64,000 nt of DNA, taken from the NCBI RefSeq assembly GCF_009914755.1, contig NC_060937.1; one strand, given 5' to 3'. Below, piece after piece: positions 31,301 through 47,374 of the stretch. How positions within the stretch are numbered: position 1 is the stretch's first letter; the number at the start of each line of letters is the position of its first letter. The notes below the pieces were generated by a model, which did no database searches, was not told the DNA's origin, and saw only the letters and a list, made by a program, of their open reading frames with translations. Both the position numbers and the translations under genes were made by a program. Source of the DNA: the human T2T-CHM13v2.0 reference genome, Homo sapiens.

Positions 31301-33999
31301 GTACATCAAATATATATTTTATTCTGTACATAATATATCAAAGTACACCAGATATATATTCTATAGTGTACATAAAATATCAAAGTACCCAAACTATACA
31401 TTATATACTGTACATAAAATATGAAATTACATCAAATATATATTAGGTACATAAAATATGAAAGTACATCAAATATAGATTATATACTGTACATAAAATA
31501 TCAATGTACCCCAAATATATATTTTATACTCTACATGAAATATCAAAGTTCACAAACCATATATTATATACTGTACATAAAATATCAAAGTACCCAAGGT
31601 ATATATTCTATACTATAGAAAAAATATCAAAGTACCCAAAGCATGTATTATATACTGTACCTAAAATATGAAAGTACATCAAATATATATTTTATTCTGT
31701 ACATAAAATATCAAAGTACACCAGATATATATTCTATAGTGTACATAAAATATCAAAGTACCCAAACTATACATTATATACTGTACATAAAATATGAAAT
31801 TACATCAAATATATTTTATATTAGGTACATAAAATATGAAAGTACATCAAATATAGATTATATACTGTAGATTAAATACCAAAGTACCCCAAATATATAT
31901 TTTATACTGTACATGAAATATCAAAGTTCACAAGCTATATATTATATACTGTGCATATAATATCAAAGTACACAAGGTATATATTCTATACTGTACAAAA
32001 AATAACAAAGTACCAAAAGCATGTATAATATACTGTACATAAAATATGAAAGTACATCAAATATATATTTTATTCAGTACTTAAAATATCAAAGTACACC
32101 AGATATATATTCTATAGTGTACATAAAATATCAAAGTACCCAAACTATACATTGTATACTGTACATAAAATATGAAATTACATCAAATATATTTTATATT
32201 AGGTACATAAAATATGAAAGTACATCAAATATAGATTATATACTGTACATTAAATACCAAAGTACCCCAAATATATATTTTATACTGTACATGAAATATC
32301 AAAGTTCACAAACTATATATTATATACTGTACATATAATATCAAAGTACCCAAGGTATATATTCTATACTGTACAAAAAATATCAAAGTACCAAAAGCAT
32401 GTATTATATACTGTACATAAAATATGAAAGTACATCAAATATATATTTTATTCTGTACATAAAATATCAAAGTACACCAGATATATATTCTATAGTGTAC
32501 ATAAAATATCAAAGTACCCAAACTATACATTATATACTGTACATAAAATATGAAATTACATCAAATATATTTTATATTAGGTACATAAAATATGAATGTA
32601 CATCAAATATAGATTATATACTGTACATTAAATACCAAAGTACCCCAAATATATATTTTATACTGTACATGAAATATCAAAGTTCACAAACTATATATTA
32701 TATACTGTACATAAAATATCAAAGTACCCAAGGTATATATTCTATACTGTACAAAAAATATCAAAGTACCCAAAGCATGTATTATATACTGTACCTAAAA
32801 TATGAAAGTACATCAAATATATATTTTATTCTGTACACAAAATATCTAAGTACACCAGATATATATTCTATAGTGTACATAAAATATCAAAGTACCCAAA
32901 CTATACATTATATACTGTACATAAAATATGAAATTACATCAAATATATATTATATTAGGTACATAAAATATGAAAGTACATCAAATATAGATTATATACT
33001 GTACATAAAATATCAACGTACCCCAAATATATATTTTATACTCTACATGAAATATCAAAGTTCACAAACCATATATTGTATACTGTACATAAAATATCAA
33101 AGTACCCAAGGTATATATTCTATACTGTACAAAAAACATCAAAGTACCCAAAGCATGTATTATATACTGTACATAAAATATGAAAGTACATCAAATATAT
33201 CTTTTATTCTGTACATAATATATCAAAGTACACCAGATATATATTCTATAGTGTACATAAAATAACAAAGTACAAAAACTATAAATTATATACTGTACAT
33301 AAAATATGAAATTACATCAAATACATATTAGGTACATAAAATATGAAAGTACATCAAATATAGATTATATACTGTACATAAAATATCAATGTACCCCAAA
33401 TATATATTTTATACTCTACATGAAATATCAAAGTTCACAAACCATATATTATATACTGTACATAAAATATCAAAGTACCGAAGGTATATATTCTATACTG
33501 TACAAAAAATATCAAAGTACCCAAAGCATGTATTATATACTGTACATAAAATATGAAAGTACATCAAATATATATTTTATTCTGTATATGAAATATCAAA
33601 GTACCCAAAACATGTATTTTAAACTGTACATAAAATATGAAAGTACATCAAATATATATTTTATTCTGTACATAAAATATAAAAATACACCAGATATATA
33701 TTCTATAGTGTACATAAAATATCAAAGTACCCAAACTATACATTATATACTGTACATAAAATATGAAATTACATCAAATATATTTTATATTAGGTACATA
33801 AAATATGAAAGTACAACAAATATAGATTATATACTGTACATAAAATATCAAAGTACCCCAAATATATATTATATACTCTACATGAAATATCAAAGTTCAC
33901 AAACTATATATTATAAACTGTACATAAAATATGAAATTACATCAAATATATTTTATATTAGGTACATAAAATATGAAAGTACATCAAATATAGATTATA

Positions 34000-36900
34000 T
34001 ACTGTACATAAAATTTCAATGTACCCCAAATATATATTTTATACTCTACATGAAATATCAAAGTTCACAAACCATATATTATATACTGTACATAAAATAT
34101 CAAAGTACCCAAGGTATATATTCTATACTATACAAAAAATATCAAAGTAGCAAAGCATGTATTATATACTGTACCTAAAATATGAAAGTACATCAAATAT
34201 ATATTTTATTCTGTACATAAAATATCAAAGTACACCAGATATATATTCTATAGTGTACATAAAATATCAAAGTACCCAAACTATACATTATATACTGTAC
34301 ATAAAATATGAAATTACATCAAATATATTTTATATTAGGTACATAAAATATGAAAGTACATCAAATATAGATTATATACTGTACATTAAATACCAAAGTA
34401 CCCCAAATATATATTTTATACTGTACATGAAATATCAAAGTTCACAAACTATATATTATATACTGTACATATAATATCAAAGTACCCAAGGTATATATTC
34501 TATACTGTACAAAAAATAACAAAGTACCAAAAGCATGTATAATATACTGTACATAAAATATGAAAGTACATCAAATATATATTTTATTCTGTACATAAAA
34601 TATCAAAGTACACCAGATATATATTCTATAGTGTACATAAAATATCAAAGTACCCAAACTATACATTATATACTGTAAATAAAATATGAAATTACGTCAA
34701 ATATATTTTATATTAGGTACATAAAATATGAAAGTACATCAAATATAGATTATATACTGTACATTAAATACCAAAGTACCCCAAATATATATTTTATACT
34801 GTACATGAAATATCAAAGTTCACAAACTATATATTATATACTGTACATAAATTATCAAAGTACCCAAGGTATATATTCTATACTGTACAAAAAATATCAA
34901 AGTACCCAAAGCATGTATTATATACTGTACATAAAATATGAAAGTACATCAAATATATATTTTATTCTGTACATAATATATCAAAGTACACCAGATATAT
35001 ATTCTATAGTGTACATAAAATAACAAAGTACACAAACTATAAATTATATACTGTACATAAAATATGAAATTACATCAAATATATATTAGGTACATAAAAT
35101 ATGAAAGTACATCAAATATAGATTATATACTGTACATATATTATCAATGTACCCCAAATATGTATTTTATACTCTACATGAAATATCAAAGTTCACAAAC
35201 CATATATTATATACTGTACATAAAATATCAAAGTACCCAAGGTATATATTCTATACTGTACAAAAAATATCAAAGTACCCAAAGCATGTTTTATATACTG
35301 TACATAAAATATGAAATTACATCAAATATATATTTTATTCTGTACATAAAATATCAAAGTCCACCAGATATATATTCTATAGTGTACATAAAATATCAAA
35401 GTACCCAAACTATACATTATATACTGTACATAAAATATGAAATTACATCAAATATATATTATATTAGGTACATAAAATATGAAAGTACATCAAATATAGA
35501 TTATATACTGTACATTAAATACCAAAGTACACCAAATCTATATTTTATACTGTACATGAAATGTCAAAGTTCACAAACTATATATTATATACTGTACATA
35601 AAATATCAAAGTACCCAACGTATATATTCTATACTGTACAAAAAATATCAAAGTACCCAAAGCATGTATTATATACTGTACCTAAAATATGAAAGTACAT
35701 CAAATATATATTTTATTCTGTACATAAAATATCAAAGTACACCAGATATATATTCTATAGTGTACATAAAATAACAAAGTACACAAACTATAAATTATAT
35801 ACTGTACATAAAATATGAAATTACATCAAATATATATTAGGTACATAAAATATGAAAGTACATCAAATATAGATTATATACTGTACATAAAATATCAATG
35901 TACCCCAAATATATATTTTATACTCTACATGAAATACCAAAGTTCACAAACCATATATTATATACTGTACATAAAATATCAAAGTACCCAAGGTATATAT
36001 TCTATACTGTACAAAAAATATCAAAGTACCCAAAGCATGTATTATATACTGTACATAAAATATGAAAGTACATCAAATATGTATTTTATTCTGTACATAA
36101 AATATCAAAGTACACCAGATATATATTCTATAGTGTACATAAAATACCAAAGTACCCAAACTATACATTATATACTGTACATAAAATATGAAATTACATC
36201 AAATATATATTATATTAGGTACATAAAACATGAAAGTACATCAAATATAGATTATATACTGTACATAAAATATCAAAGTACCCCAAATATATATTATATA
36301 CTCTACATGAAATATCAAAGTTCACAAACTATATATTATATACTGTACATAAAATATCAAAGTACCCAAGGTATATATTCTATAATGTACAAAAAATATC
36401 AAAGTACCCAAAGCGTGTATTATATACTGTATATAAAATGTGAAATTACATCAGATATATATTTTATTCTGTACATAAAATATCAAAGTACACCAGATAT
36501 ATATTCTATAGTGTACATAAAATATCAAAGTACCCAAACTATACATTATATACTGTACATAAAATATGAAATTACATCAAATATATATTATATTAGGTAC
36601 ATAAAATATGAAAGTACATCAAATATAGATTATACACTGTACATAAAATATCAAAGTACCCCAAATATATATTATATACTCTACATGAAATATCAAAGTT
36701 CACAAACTATATATTATATACTGTACATAAAATAAAGCCCCAAGGTATACATTCTATACTGTAGAAAAAATATCAAAGTACCCAAAGCATGTATTATATA
36801 CTGTATATAAAATATGAAAGTACATCAAATATATATTTTATTCTGTACATAATATATCAAAGTACACCAGATATATATTCTATAGTGTACATAAAATAAC

Positions 36901-39900
36901 AAAGTACAAAAACTATAAATTATATACTGTACATAAAATATGGAATTACATCAAATATATATTAGGTACATAAAATATGAAAGTACATCAAATATAGATT
37001 ATATACTGTACATAAAATTTCAATGTACCCCAAATATATATTTTATACTCTACATGAAATATCAAAGTTCACAAACCATATATTATATACTGTACATAAA
37101 ATATCAAAGTACCCAAGGTATATATTCTATACTATACAAAAAATATCAAAGTAGCAAAGCATGTATTATATACTGTACCTAAAATATGAAAGTACATCAA
37201 ATATATATTTTATTCTGTACATAAAATATCAAAGTACACCAGATATATATTCTATAGTGTACATAAAATATCAAAGTACCCAAGGTATATATTCTATACT
37301 GTACAAAAAATAACAAAGTACCAAAAGCATGTATAATATACTGTACATAAAATATGAAAGTACATCAAATATATATTTTATTCTGTACATAAAATATCAA
37401 AGTACACCAGATATATATTCTATAGTGTACATAAAATATCAAAGTACCCAAGGTATATATTCTATACTGTACAAAAAATAACAAAGTACCAAAAGCATGT
37501 ATAATATACTGTACATAAAATATGAAAGTACATCAAATATATATTTTATTCTGTACATAAAATATCAAAGTACACCAGATATATATTCTATAGTGTACAT
37601 AAAATATCAAAGTACCCAAACTATACATTATATACTGTAAATAAAATATGAAATTACGTCAAATATATTTTATATTAGGTACATAAAATATGAAAGTACA
37701 TCAAATATAGATTATATACTGTACATTAAATACCAAAGTACCCCAAATATATATTTTATACTGTACATGAAATATCAAAGTTCACAAACTATATATTATA
37801 TACTGTACATAAATTATCAAAGTACCCAAGGTATATATTCTATACTGTACAAAAAATATCAAAGTACCCAAAGCATGTATTATATACTGTACATAAAATA
37901 TGAAAGTACATCAAATATATATTTTATTCTGTACATAATATATCAAAGTACACCAGATATATATTCTATAGTGTACATAAAATAACAAAGTACACAAACT
38001 ATAAATACTGTACATAAAATATGAAATTACATCAAATATATATTAGGTACATAAAATATGAAAGTACATCAAATATAGATTATATACTGTACATATATTA
38101 TCAATGTACCCCAAATATGTATTTTATACTCTACATGAAATATCAAAGTTCACAAACCATATATTATATACTGTACATAAAATATCAAAGTACCCAAGGT
38201 ATATATTCTATACTGTACAAAAAATATCAAAGTACCCAAAGCATGTTTTATATACTGTACATAAAATATGAAAGTACATCAAATATATATTTTATTCTGT
38301 ACATAAAATATCAAAGTCCACCAGATATATATTCTATAGTGTACATAAAATATCAAAGTACCCAAACTATACATTATATACTGTACATAAAATATGAAAT
38401 TACATCAAATATATATTATATTAGGTACATAAAATATGAAAGTACATCAAATATAGATTATATACTGTACATTAAATACCAAAGTACACCAAATCTATAT
38501 TTTATACTGTACATGAAATGTCAAAGTTCACAAACTATATATTATATACTGTACATAAAATATCAAAGTACCCAACGTATATATTCTATACTGTACAAAA
38601 AATATCAAAGTACCCAAAGCATGTATTATATACTGTACCTAAAATATGAAAGTACATCAAATATATATTTTATTCTGTACATAAAATATCAAAGTACACC
38701 AGATATATATTCTATAGTGTACATAAAATAACAAAGTACACAAACTATAAATTATATACTGTACATAAAATATGAAATTACATCAAATATATATTAGGTA
38801 CATAAAATATGAAAGTACATCAAATATAGATTATATACTGTACATAAAATATCAATGTACCCCAAATATATATTTTATACTCTACATGAAATACCAAAGT
38901 TCACAAACCATATATTATATACTGTACATAAAATATCAAAGTACCCAAGGTATATATTCTATACTGTACAAAAAATATCAAAGTACCCAAAGCATGTATT
39001 ATATACTGTACATAAAATATGAAAGTACATCAAATATGTATTTTATTCTGTACATAAAATATCAAAGTACACCAGATATATATTCTATAGTGTACATAAA
39101 ATACCAAAGTACCCAAACTATACATTATATACTGTACATAAAATATTAAATTACATCAAATATATATTATATTAGGTACATAAAATATGAAAGTACATCA
39201 AATATAGATTATATACTGTACATAAAATATCAAAGTACCCCAAATATATATTATATACTCTACATGAAATATCAAAGTTCACAAACTATATATTATATAC
39301 TGTACATAAAATATCAAAGTACCCAAGGTATATATTCTATAATGTACAAAAAATATCAAAGTACCCAAAGCGTGTATTATATACTGTATATAAAATGTGA
39401 AATTACATCAGATATATATTTTATTCTGTACATAAAATATCAAAGTACACCAGATATATATTCTATAGTGTACATAAAATATCAAAGTACCCAAACTATA
39501 CATTATATACTGTACATAAAATATGAAATTACATCAAATATATATTATATTAGGTACATAAAATATGAAAGTACATCAAATATAGATTATATACTGTACA
39601 TTAAAAACCAAAGTACCCCAAATATATATTTTATACTGTACATGAAATATCAAAGTTCACAAACTATATATTATATACTGTACATAAAATATCAAAGTAC
39701 CCAAGGTATATATTCTATACTGTACAAAAAATATCAAAGTACCCAAAGCATGTATTATATACTGTACCTAAAATATGAAAGTACATCAAATATATATTTT
39801 ATTCTGTACATAAAATATCAAAGTACACCAGATATATATTCTATAGTGTACATAAAATATCAAAGTACCCAAACTATACATTATATACTGTACATAAAAT

Positions 39901-40230
39901 ATGAAATTACATCAAATATATATTATATTAGGTACATAAAATATGAAAGTACATCAAATATAGATTATACACTGTACATAAAATATCAAAGTACCCCAAA
40001 TATATATTATATACTCTACATGAAATATCAAAGTTCACAAACTATATATTATATACTGTACATAAAATAAAGTCCCCAAGGTATACATTCTATACTGTAG
40101 AAAAAATATCAAAGTACCCAAAGCATGTATTATATACTGTATATAAAATATGAAAGTACATCAAATATATATTTTATTCTGTACATAATATATCAAAGTA
40201 CACCAGATATATATTCTATAGTGTACATAA
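34000..40230 (+). repeat. ~3.0-kb tandem duplication with internal rearrangements
   Basis: gtagcaaagc at 34147/37151 (+3004). ORFs 34805/37767 (+2962), 35064/38021 and 35815/38772 (+2957), ORF ends 36735/40070 (+3335). Confidence 0.85.
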
Positions 40231-43200
40231 AATAACAAAGTACACAAACTATAAATTATATACTGTACATAAAATATGAAATTACATCAAATATATATTA
40301 GGTACATAAAATATGAAAGTACATCAAATATAGATTATATACTGTACATATATTATCAATGTACCCCAAATATGTATTTTATACTCTACATGAAATATCA
40401 AAGTTCACAAACCATATATTATATACTGTACATAAAATATCAAAGTACCCAAGGTATATATTCTATACTGTACAAAAAATATCAAAGTACCCAAAGCATG
40501 TTTTATATACTGTACATAAAATATGAAAGTACATCAAATATATATTTTATTCTGTACATAAAATATCAAAGTCCACCAGATATATATTCTATAGTGTACA
40601 TAAAATATCAAAGTACCCAAACTATACATTATATACTGTACATAAAATATGAAATTACATCAAATATATATTATATTAGGTACATAAAATATGAAAGTAC
40701 ATCAAATATAGATTATATACTGTACATTAAATACCAAAGTACACCAAATCTATATTTTATACTGTACATGAAATGTCAAAGTTCACAAACTATATATTAT
40801 ATACTGTACATAAAATATCAAAGTACCCAACGTATATATTCTATACTGTACAAAAAATATCAAAGTACCCAAAGCATGTATTATATACTGTACCTAAAAT
40901 ATGAAAGTACATCAAATATATATTTTATTCTGTACATAAAATATCAAAGTACACCAGATATATATTCTATAGTGTACATAAAATAACAAAGTACACAAAC
41001 TATAAATTATATACTGTACATAAAATATGAAATTACATCAAATATATATTAGGTACATAAAATATGAAAGTACATCAAATATAGATTATATACTGTACAT
41101 AAAATATCAATGTACCCCAAATATATATTTTATACTCTACATGAAATACCAAAGTTCACAAACCATATATTATATACTGTACATAAAATATCAAAGTACC
41201 CAAGGTATATATTCTATACTGTACAAAAAATATCAAAGTACCCAAAGCATGTATTATATACTGTACATAAAATATGAAAGTACATCAAATATGTATTTTA
41301 TTCTGTACATAATATATCAAAGTACACCAGATATATATTCTATAGTGTACATAAAATACCAAAGTACCCAAACTATACATTATATACTGTACATAAAATA
41401 TGAAATTACATCAAATATATATTATATTAGGTACATAAAATATGAAAGTACATCGAATATAGATTATATACTGTACATTAAATACCAAAGTACTCCAAAT
41501 ATATATTTTATACTGTACATGAAATATCAAAGTTCACAAACTATATATTATATACTGTACATATAATATCAAAGTACCCAAAGCATGTATTATATACTGT
41601 ACATAAAATATGAAATTACATCATATATATATTTTATTCTGTACATAAAATATCAAAGTACACCAGATATATATTCTATAGTGTACATAAAATATCAAAG
41701 TACCCAATCTATACATTATATACTGTACATAAAATATGAAATTACATCCAATATATATTAGGTACATAAAATATGAAAGTACATCAAATATAGATTATAT
41801 ACTGTACATAAAATATCAATGTACCCCAAATATATATTTTATACTCTACATGAAATACCAAAGTTCACAAACCATATATTATATACTGTACATAAAATAT
41901 CAAAGTACCCAAGGTATATATTCTATACTGTACAAAAAATATCAAAGTACCCAAAGCATGTATTATATACTGTACATAAAATATGAAAGTACATCAAATA
42001 TGTATTTTGTTCTGTACATAAAATATCAAAGTACACCAGATATATATTCTATAGTGTACATAAAATACCAAAGTACCCAAACTATACATTATATACTGTA
42101 CATAAAATATGAAATTACATCAAATATATATTATATTAGGTACATAAAATATGAAAGTACATCAAATATAGATTATATACTGTACATTAAAAACCAAAGT
42201 ACCCCAAATATATATTTTATACTGTACATGAAATATCAAAGTTCACAAACTATATATTATATACTGTACATAAAATATCAAAGTACCCAAGGTATATATT
42301 CTATACTGTACAAAAAATATCAAAGTACCCAAAGTATGTATTATATACTGTACCTAAAATATGAAAGTACATCAAATATATATTTTATTCTGTACATAAA
42401 ATATCAAAGTACACCAGATATATATTCTATAGTGTACATAAAATATCAAAGTACCCAAACTATACATTATATACTGTACATAAAATATGAAATTACATCA
42501 AATATATATTATATTAGGTACATAAAATATGAAAGTACATCAAATATAGATTATACACTGTACATAAAATATCAAAGTACCCCAAATATATATTATATAC
42601 TCTACATGAAATATCAAAGTTCACAAACTATATATTATATACTGTACATAAAATAAAGTCCCCAAGGTATACATTCTATACTGTAGAAAAAATATCAAAG
42701 TACCCAAAGCATGTATTATATACTGTATATAAAATATGAAAGTACATCAAATATATATTTTATTCTGTACATAATATATCAAACTACACCAGATATATAT
42801 TCTATAGTGTACATAAAATAACAAAGTACAAAAACTATAAATTATATACTGTACATAAAATATGGAATTACATCAAATATATATTAGGTACATAAAATAT
42901 GAAAGTACATCAAATATAGATTATATACTGTACATAAAATTTCAATGTACCCCAAATATATATTTTATACTCTACATGAAATATCAAAGTTCACACACTA
43001 TATATTATATACTGTACATAAAATATCAAAGTACCCAAGGTATATATTCTATAATGTACAAAATATATCAAAGTACCCAAAACGTGTATTATATACTGTA
43101 TATAAAATATGAAATTACATCAAATATATATTTTATTCTGTACATAAAATATCAGAGTACACCAGATATATATTCTATAGTGTACATAAAATATCAAAGT

Positions 43201-46200
43201 ACCCAAACTATACATTATATACTGTACATAAAATATGAAATTAAATCAAATATATATTATATTAGGTACATAAAATATGAAAGTACATCAAATATAGATT
43301 ATATACTGTACATTAAATACCAAAGTACCCCAAATATATATTTTATACTGTACATGAAATATCAAAGTTCACAAACTCTATATTATATACTGTACATAAA
43401 ATATCAAAGTACCTAAGGTATATATTCAATACTGTACAAAAAATATCAAAGTACCCAAAGCATGTATTATATACTGTACCTAAAATATGAAAATACATCA
43501 AATATATATTTTATTCTGTACATAAAATATCAAAGTACACCAGATATATATTCTATAGTGTACATAAAATATCAAAGTACCCAAACTATACATTATATAC
43601 TGTACATAAAATATGAAATTACATCAAATATATATTATATTAGGTACATAAAATATGAAAGTACATCAAATATAGATTATATACTGTACATTAAATACCA
43701 AAGTACCCCAAATATATATTTTATACTGTACATGAAATATCAAAGTTCACAAACTATATATTATATACTGTACATAAAATATCAAAGTACCCAAGGTATA
43801 TATTCTATACTGTAGAAAAAATATCAAAGTACCCAAAGCTTGTATTATATACTGTACCTAAAATATGAAAGTACATCAAATATATATTTTATTCTGTACA
43901 TAAAATATCAAAGTACACCAGATATATATTCTATAGTGTACATAAAATATCAAAGTACCCAAACTATACATTATATACTGTACATAAAATATGAAATTAC
44001 ATCAAATATATATTATATTAGGTACATAAAATATGAAAGTACATCAAATATAGATTATACACTGTACATAAAATATCAAAGTACCCCAAATATATATTAT
44101 ATACTCTACATGAAATATCAAAGTTCACAAACTATATATTATATACTGTACATAAAATAAATTCCCCAAGGTATATATTCTATACTGTAGAAAAAATATC
44201 AAAGTACCCAAAGCATGTATTATATACTGTATATAAAATATGAAAGTACATCAAATATATATTTTATTCTGTACATAATATATCAAAGTACACCAGATAT
44301 ATATTCTATAGTGTACATAAAATAACAAAGTACAAAAACTATAAATTATATACTGTACATAAAATATGAAATTACATCAAATATATATTAGGTACATAAA
44401 ATATGAAAGTACATCAAATATAGATTATATACTGTACCTAAAATTTCAATGTACCCCAAATATATATTTTATACTCTACATGAAATATCAAAGTTCACAA
44501 ACCATATATTATATACTGTACATAAAATATCAAAGTACCCAAGGTATATATTCTATACTATACAAAAAATATCAAAGTACCCAAAGCATGTATTATATAC
44601 TGTACCTAAAATATGAAAGTACATCAAATATATATTTTATTCTGTACATAAAATATCAAAGTACACCAGATATATATTCTATAGTGTACATAAAATATCA
44701 AAGTACCCAAACTATACATTATATACTGTACATAAAATACGAAATTACATCAAATATATTTTATATTAGGTACATAAAATATGAAAGTACATCAAATATA
44801 GATTATATACTGTACATTAAATACCAAAGTACACCAAATATATATTTTATACTGTACGTGAAATATCAAAGTTCACAAACTATATATTATATACTGTACA
44901 TATAATATCAAAGTACGCAAGGTATATATTCTATACTGTACAAAAAATAACAAAGTACCAAAAGCATGTATAATATACTGTACATAAAATATGAAAGTAC
45001 ATCAAATATATATTTTATTCTGTACATAAAATATCAAAGTACACCAGATATATATTCTATAGTGTACATAAAATATCAAAGTACCGAAACTATACATTAT
45101 ATACTGTAAATAAAATATGAAATTACATCAAATATATTTTATATTAGGTACATAAAATATGAAAGTACATCAAATATAGATTATGTACTGTACATTAAAT
45201 ACCAAAGTACCCCAAATATATATTTTATACTGTACATGAAATATCAAAGTTCACAAACTATATATTATATACTGTACATAAATTATCAAAGTACCCAAGG
45301 TATATATTCTATACTGTACAAAAAATATCAAAGTACCCAAAGCATGTATTATATACTGTACATAAAATATGAAAGTACATCAAATATATATTTTATTCTG
45401 TACATAAAATATCAAAGTACACCAGATATATATTCTATAGTGTACATAAAATATCAAAGTACCCAAACTATACATTATATACTGTACATAAAATATGAAA
45501 TTACATCAAATATATATTATATTAGGTACATAAAATATGAAAGTACATCAAATATAGATTATATACTGTACATTAAATACCAAAGTACCCCAAATATATA
45601 TTTTATACTGTACATGAAATATCAAAGTTCACAAACTATATATTATATACTGTACATATAATATCAAAGTACCCAAGGTATATATTCTATACTGTACAAA
45701 AAATATCAAAGTACCCAAAGCATGTATTATATACAGTACATAAAATATGAAAGTACATCAAATATATATTTTATTCTGTACATAAAATATCAAAGTACAC
45801 CAGATATATATTCTATAGTGTACATAAAATAACAAAGTACACAAACTATAAATTACATACTGTACATAAAATATGAAATTACATCAAATATATATTAGGT
45901 ACATAAAATATGAAAGTACATCAAATATAGATTATATACTGTACATAAAATATCAATGTACCCCAAATATATATTTTATACTCTACATGAAATACCAAAG
46001 TTCACAAACCATATATTATATACTGTACATAAAATATCAAAGTACCCAAGGTATATATTCTATACTGTACAAAAAATATCAAAGTACCCAAAGCATGTAT
46101 TATATACTGTACATAAAATACGAAAGTACATCAAATATATATTTTATTCTGTACATAAAATATCAAAGAACACCAGATATATATTCTATGGTGTACATAA

Positions 46201-47374
46201 AATATCAAAGTACCCAAACTATACATTATATACTGTACATAAAATATGAAATTACATCAAATATATATTATATTAGGTACATAAAATATGAAAGCACATC
46301 AAATATAGATTATATACTGTACATTAAATACCAAAGTACCCCAAATATATATTTTATACTGTACATCAAATATCAAAGTTCACAAACTATATATTATATA
46401 CTGTACATAAAATATCAAAGTACCCATGGTATATATTCTATACTGTACAAAAAATATCAAAGTACCCAAAGCATGTATTATATACTGTATATAAAATATG
46501 AAAGTACATCACATATGTATTTTATTCTGTACATAAAATATCAAAGTACACCAGATATATATTCTATAGTGTACATAAAATAACAAAGTACACAAACTAT
46601 AAATTATATACTGTACATAAAATATGAAATTACATCAAATATATATTAGGTACATAAAATATGAAAGTACATCAGATATAGATTATATACTGTACATAAA
46701 ATATCAATGTACCCCAAATATATATTTTATACTCTACATGAAATATCAAAGTTCACAAACCATATATTATATACTGTACATAAAATATCAAAGTACCCAA
46801 GGTATATATTCTATACTGTACAAAAAATATCAAAGTACCCAAAGCATATATTATATACTGTACATAAAATATGAAAGTACATCAAATATATATTTTATTC
46901 TGTACATAAAATATCAAAGTTCACCAGATATATATTCTATAGTGTACATAAAATATCAAAGTACCCAAACTATACATTATATACTGTACATAAAATATGA
47001 AATTACATCAAATATATATTATATTAGGTACATAAAATATGAAAGCACATCAAATATGGATTACATACTGTACATTAAATACCAAAGTACCCCAAATATA
47101 TATTTTATACTGTACATCAAATATCAAAGTTCACAAACTATATATTATATACTGTACATATAATATCAAAGTACCCATGGCATATATTCTATACTGTACA
47201 AAAAATATCAAAGTACCCAAAGCATGTATTATATACTGTATATAAAATATGAAAGTACATCACATATATATTTTATTCTGTACATAAAATATCAAAGTAC
47301 ACCAGATATATATTCAATAGTGTACATAAAATAACAAAGTTCAAAAACTATAAATTATATGCTGTACATAAAAT

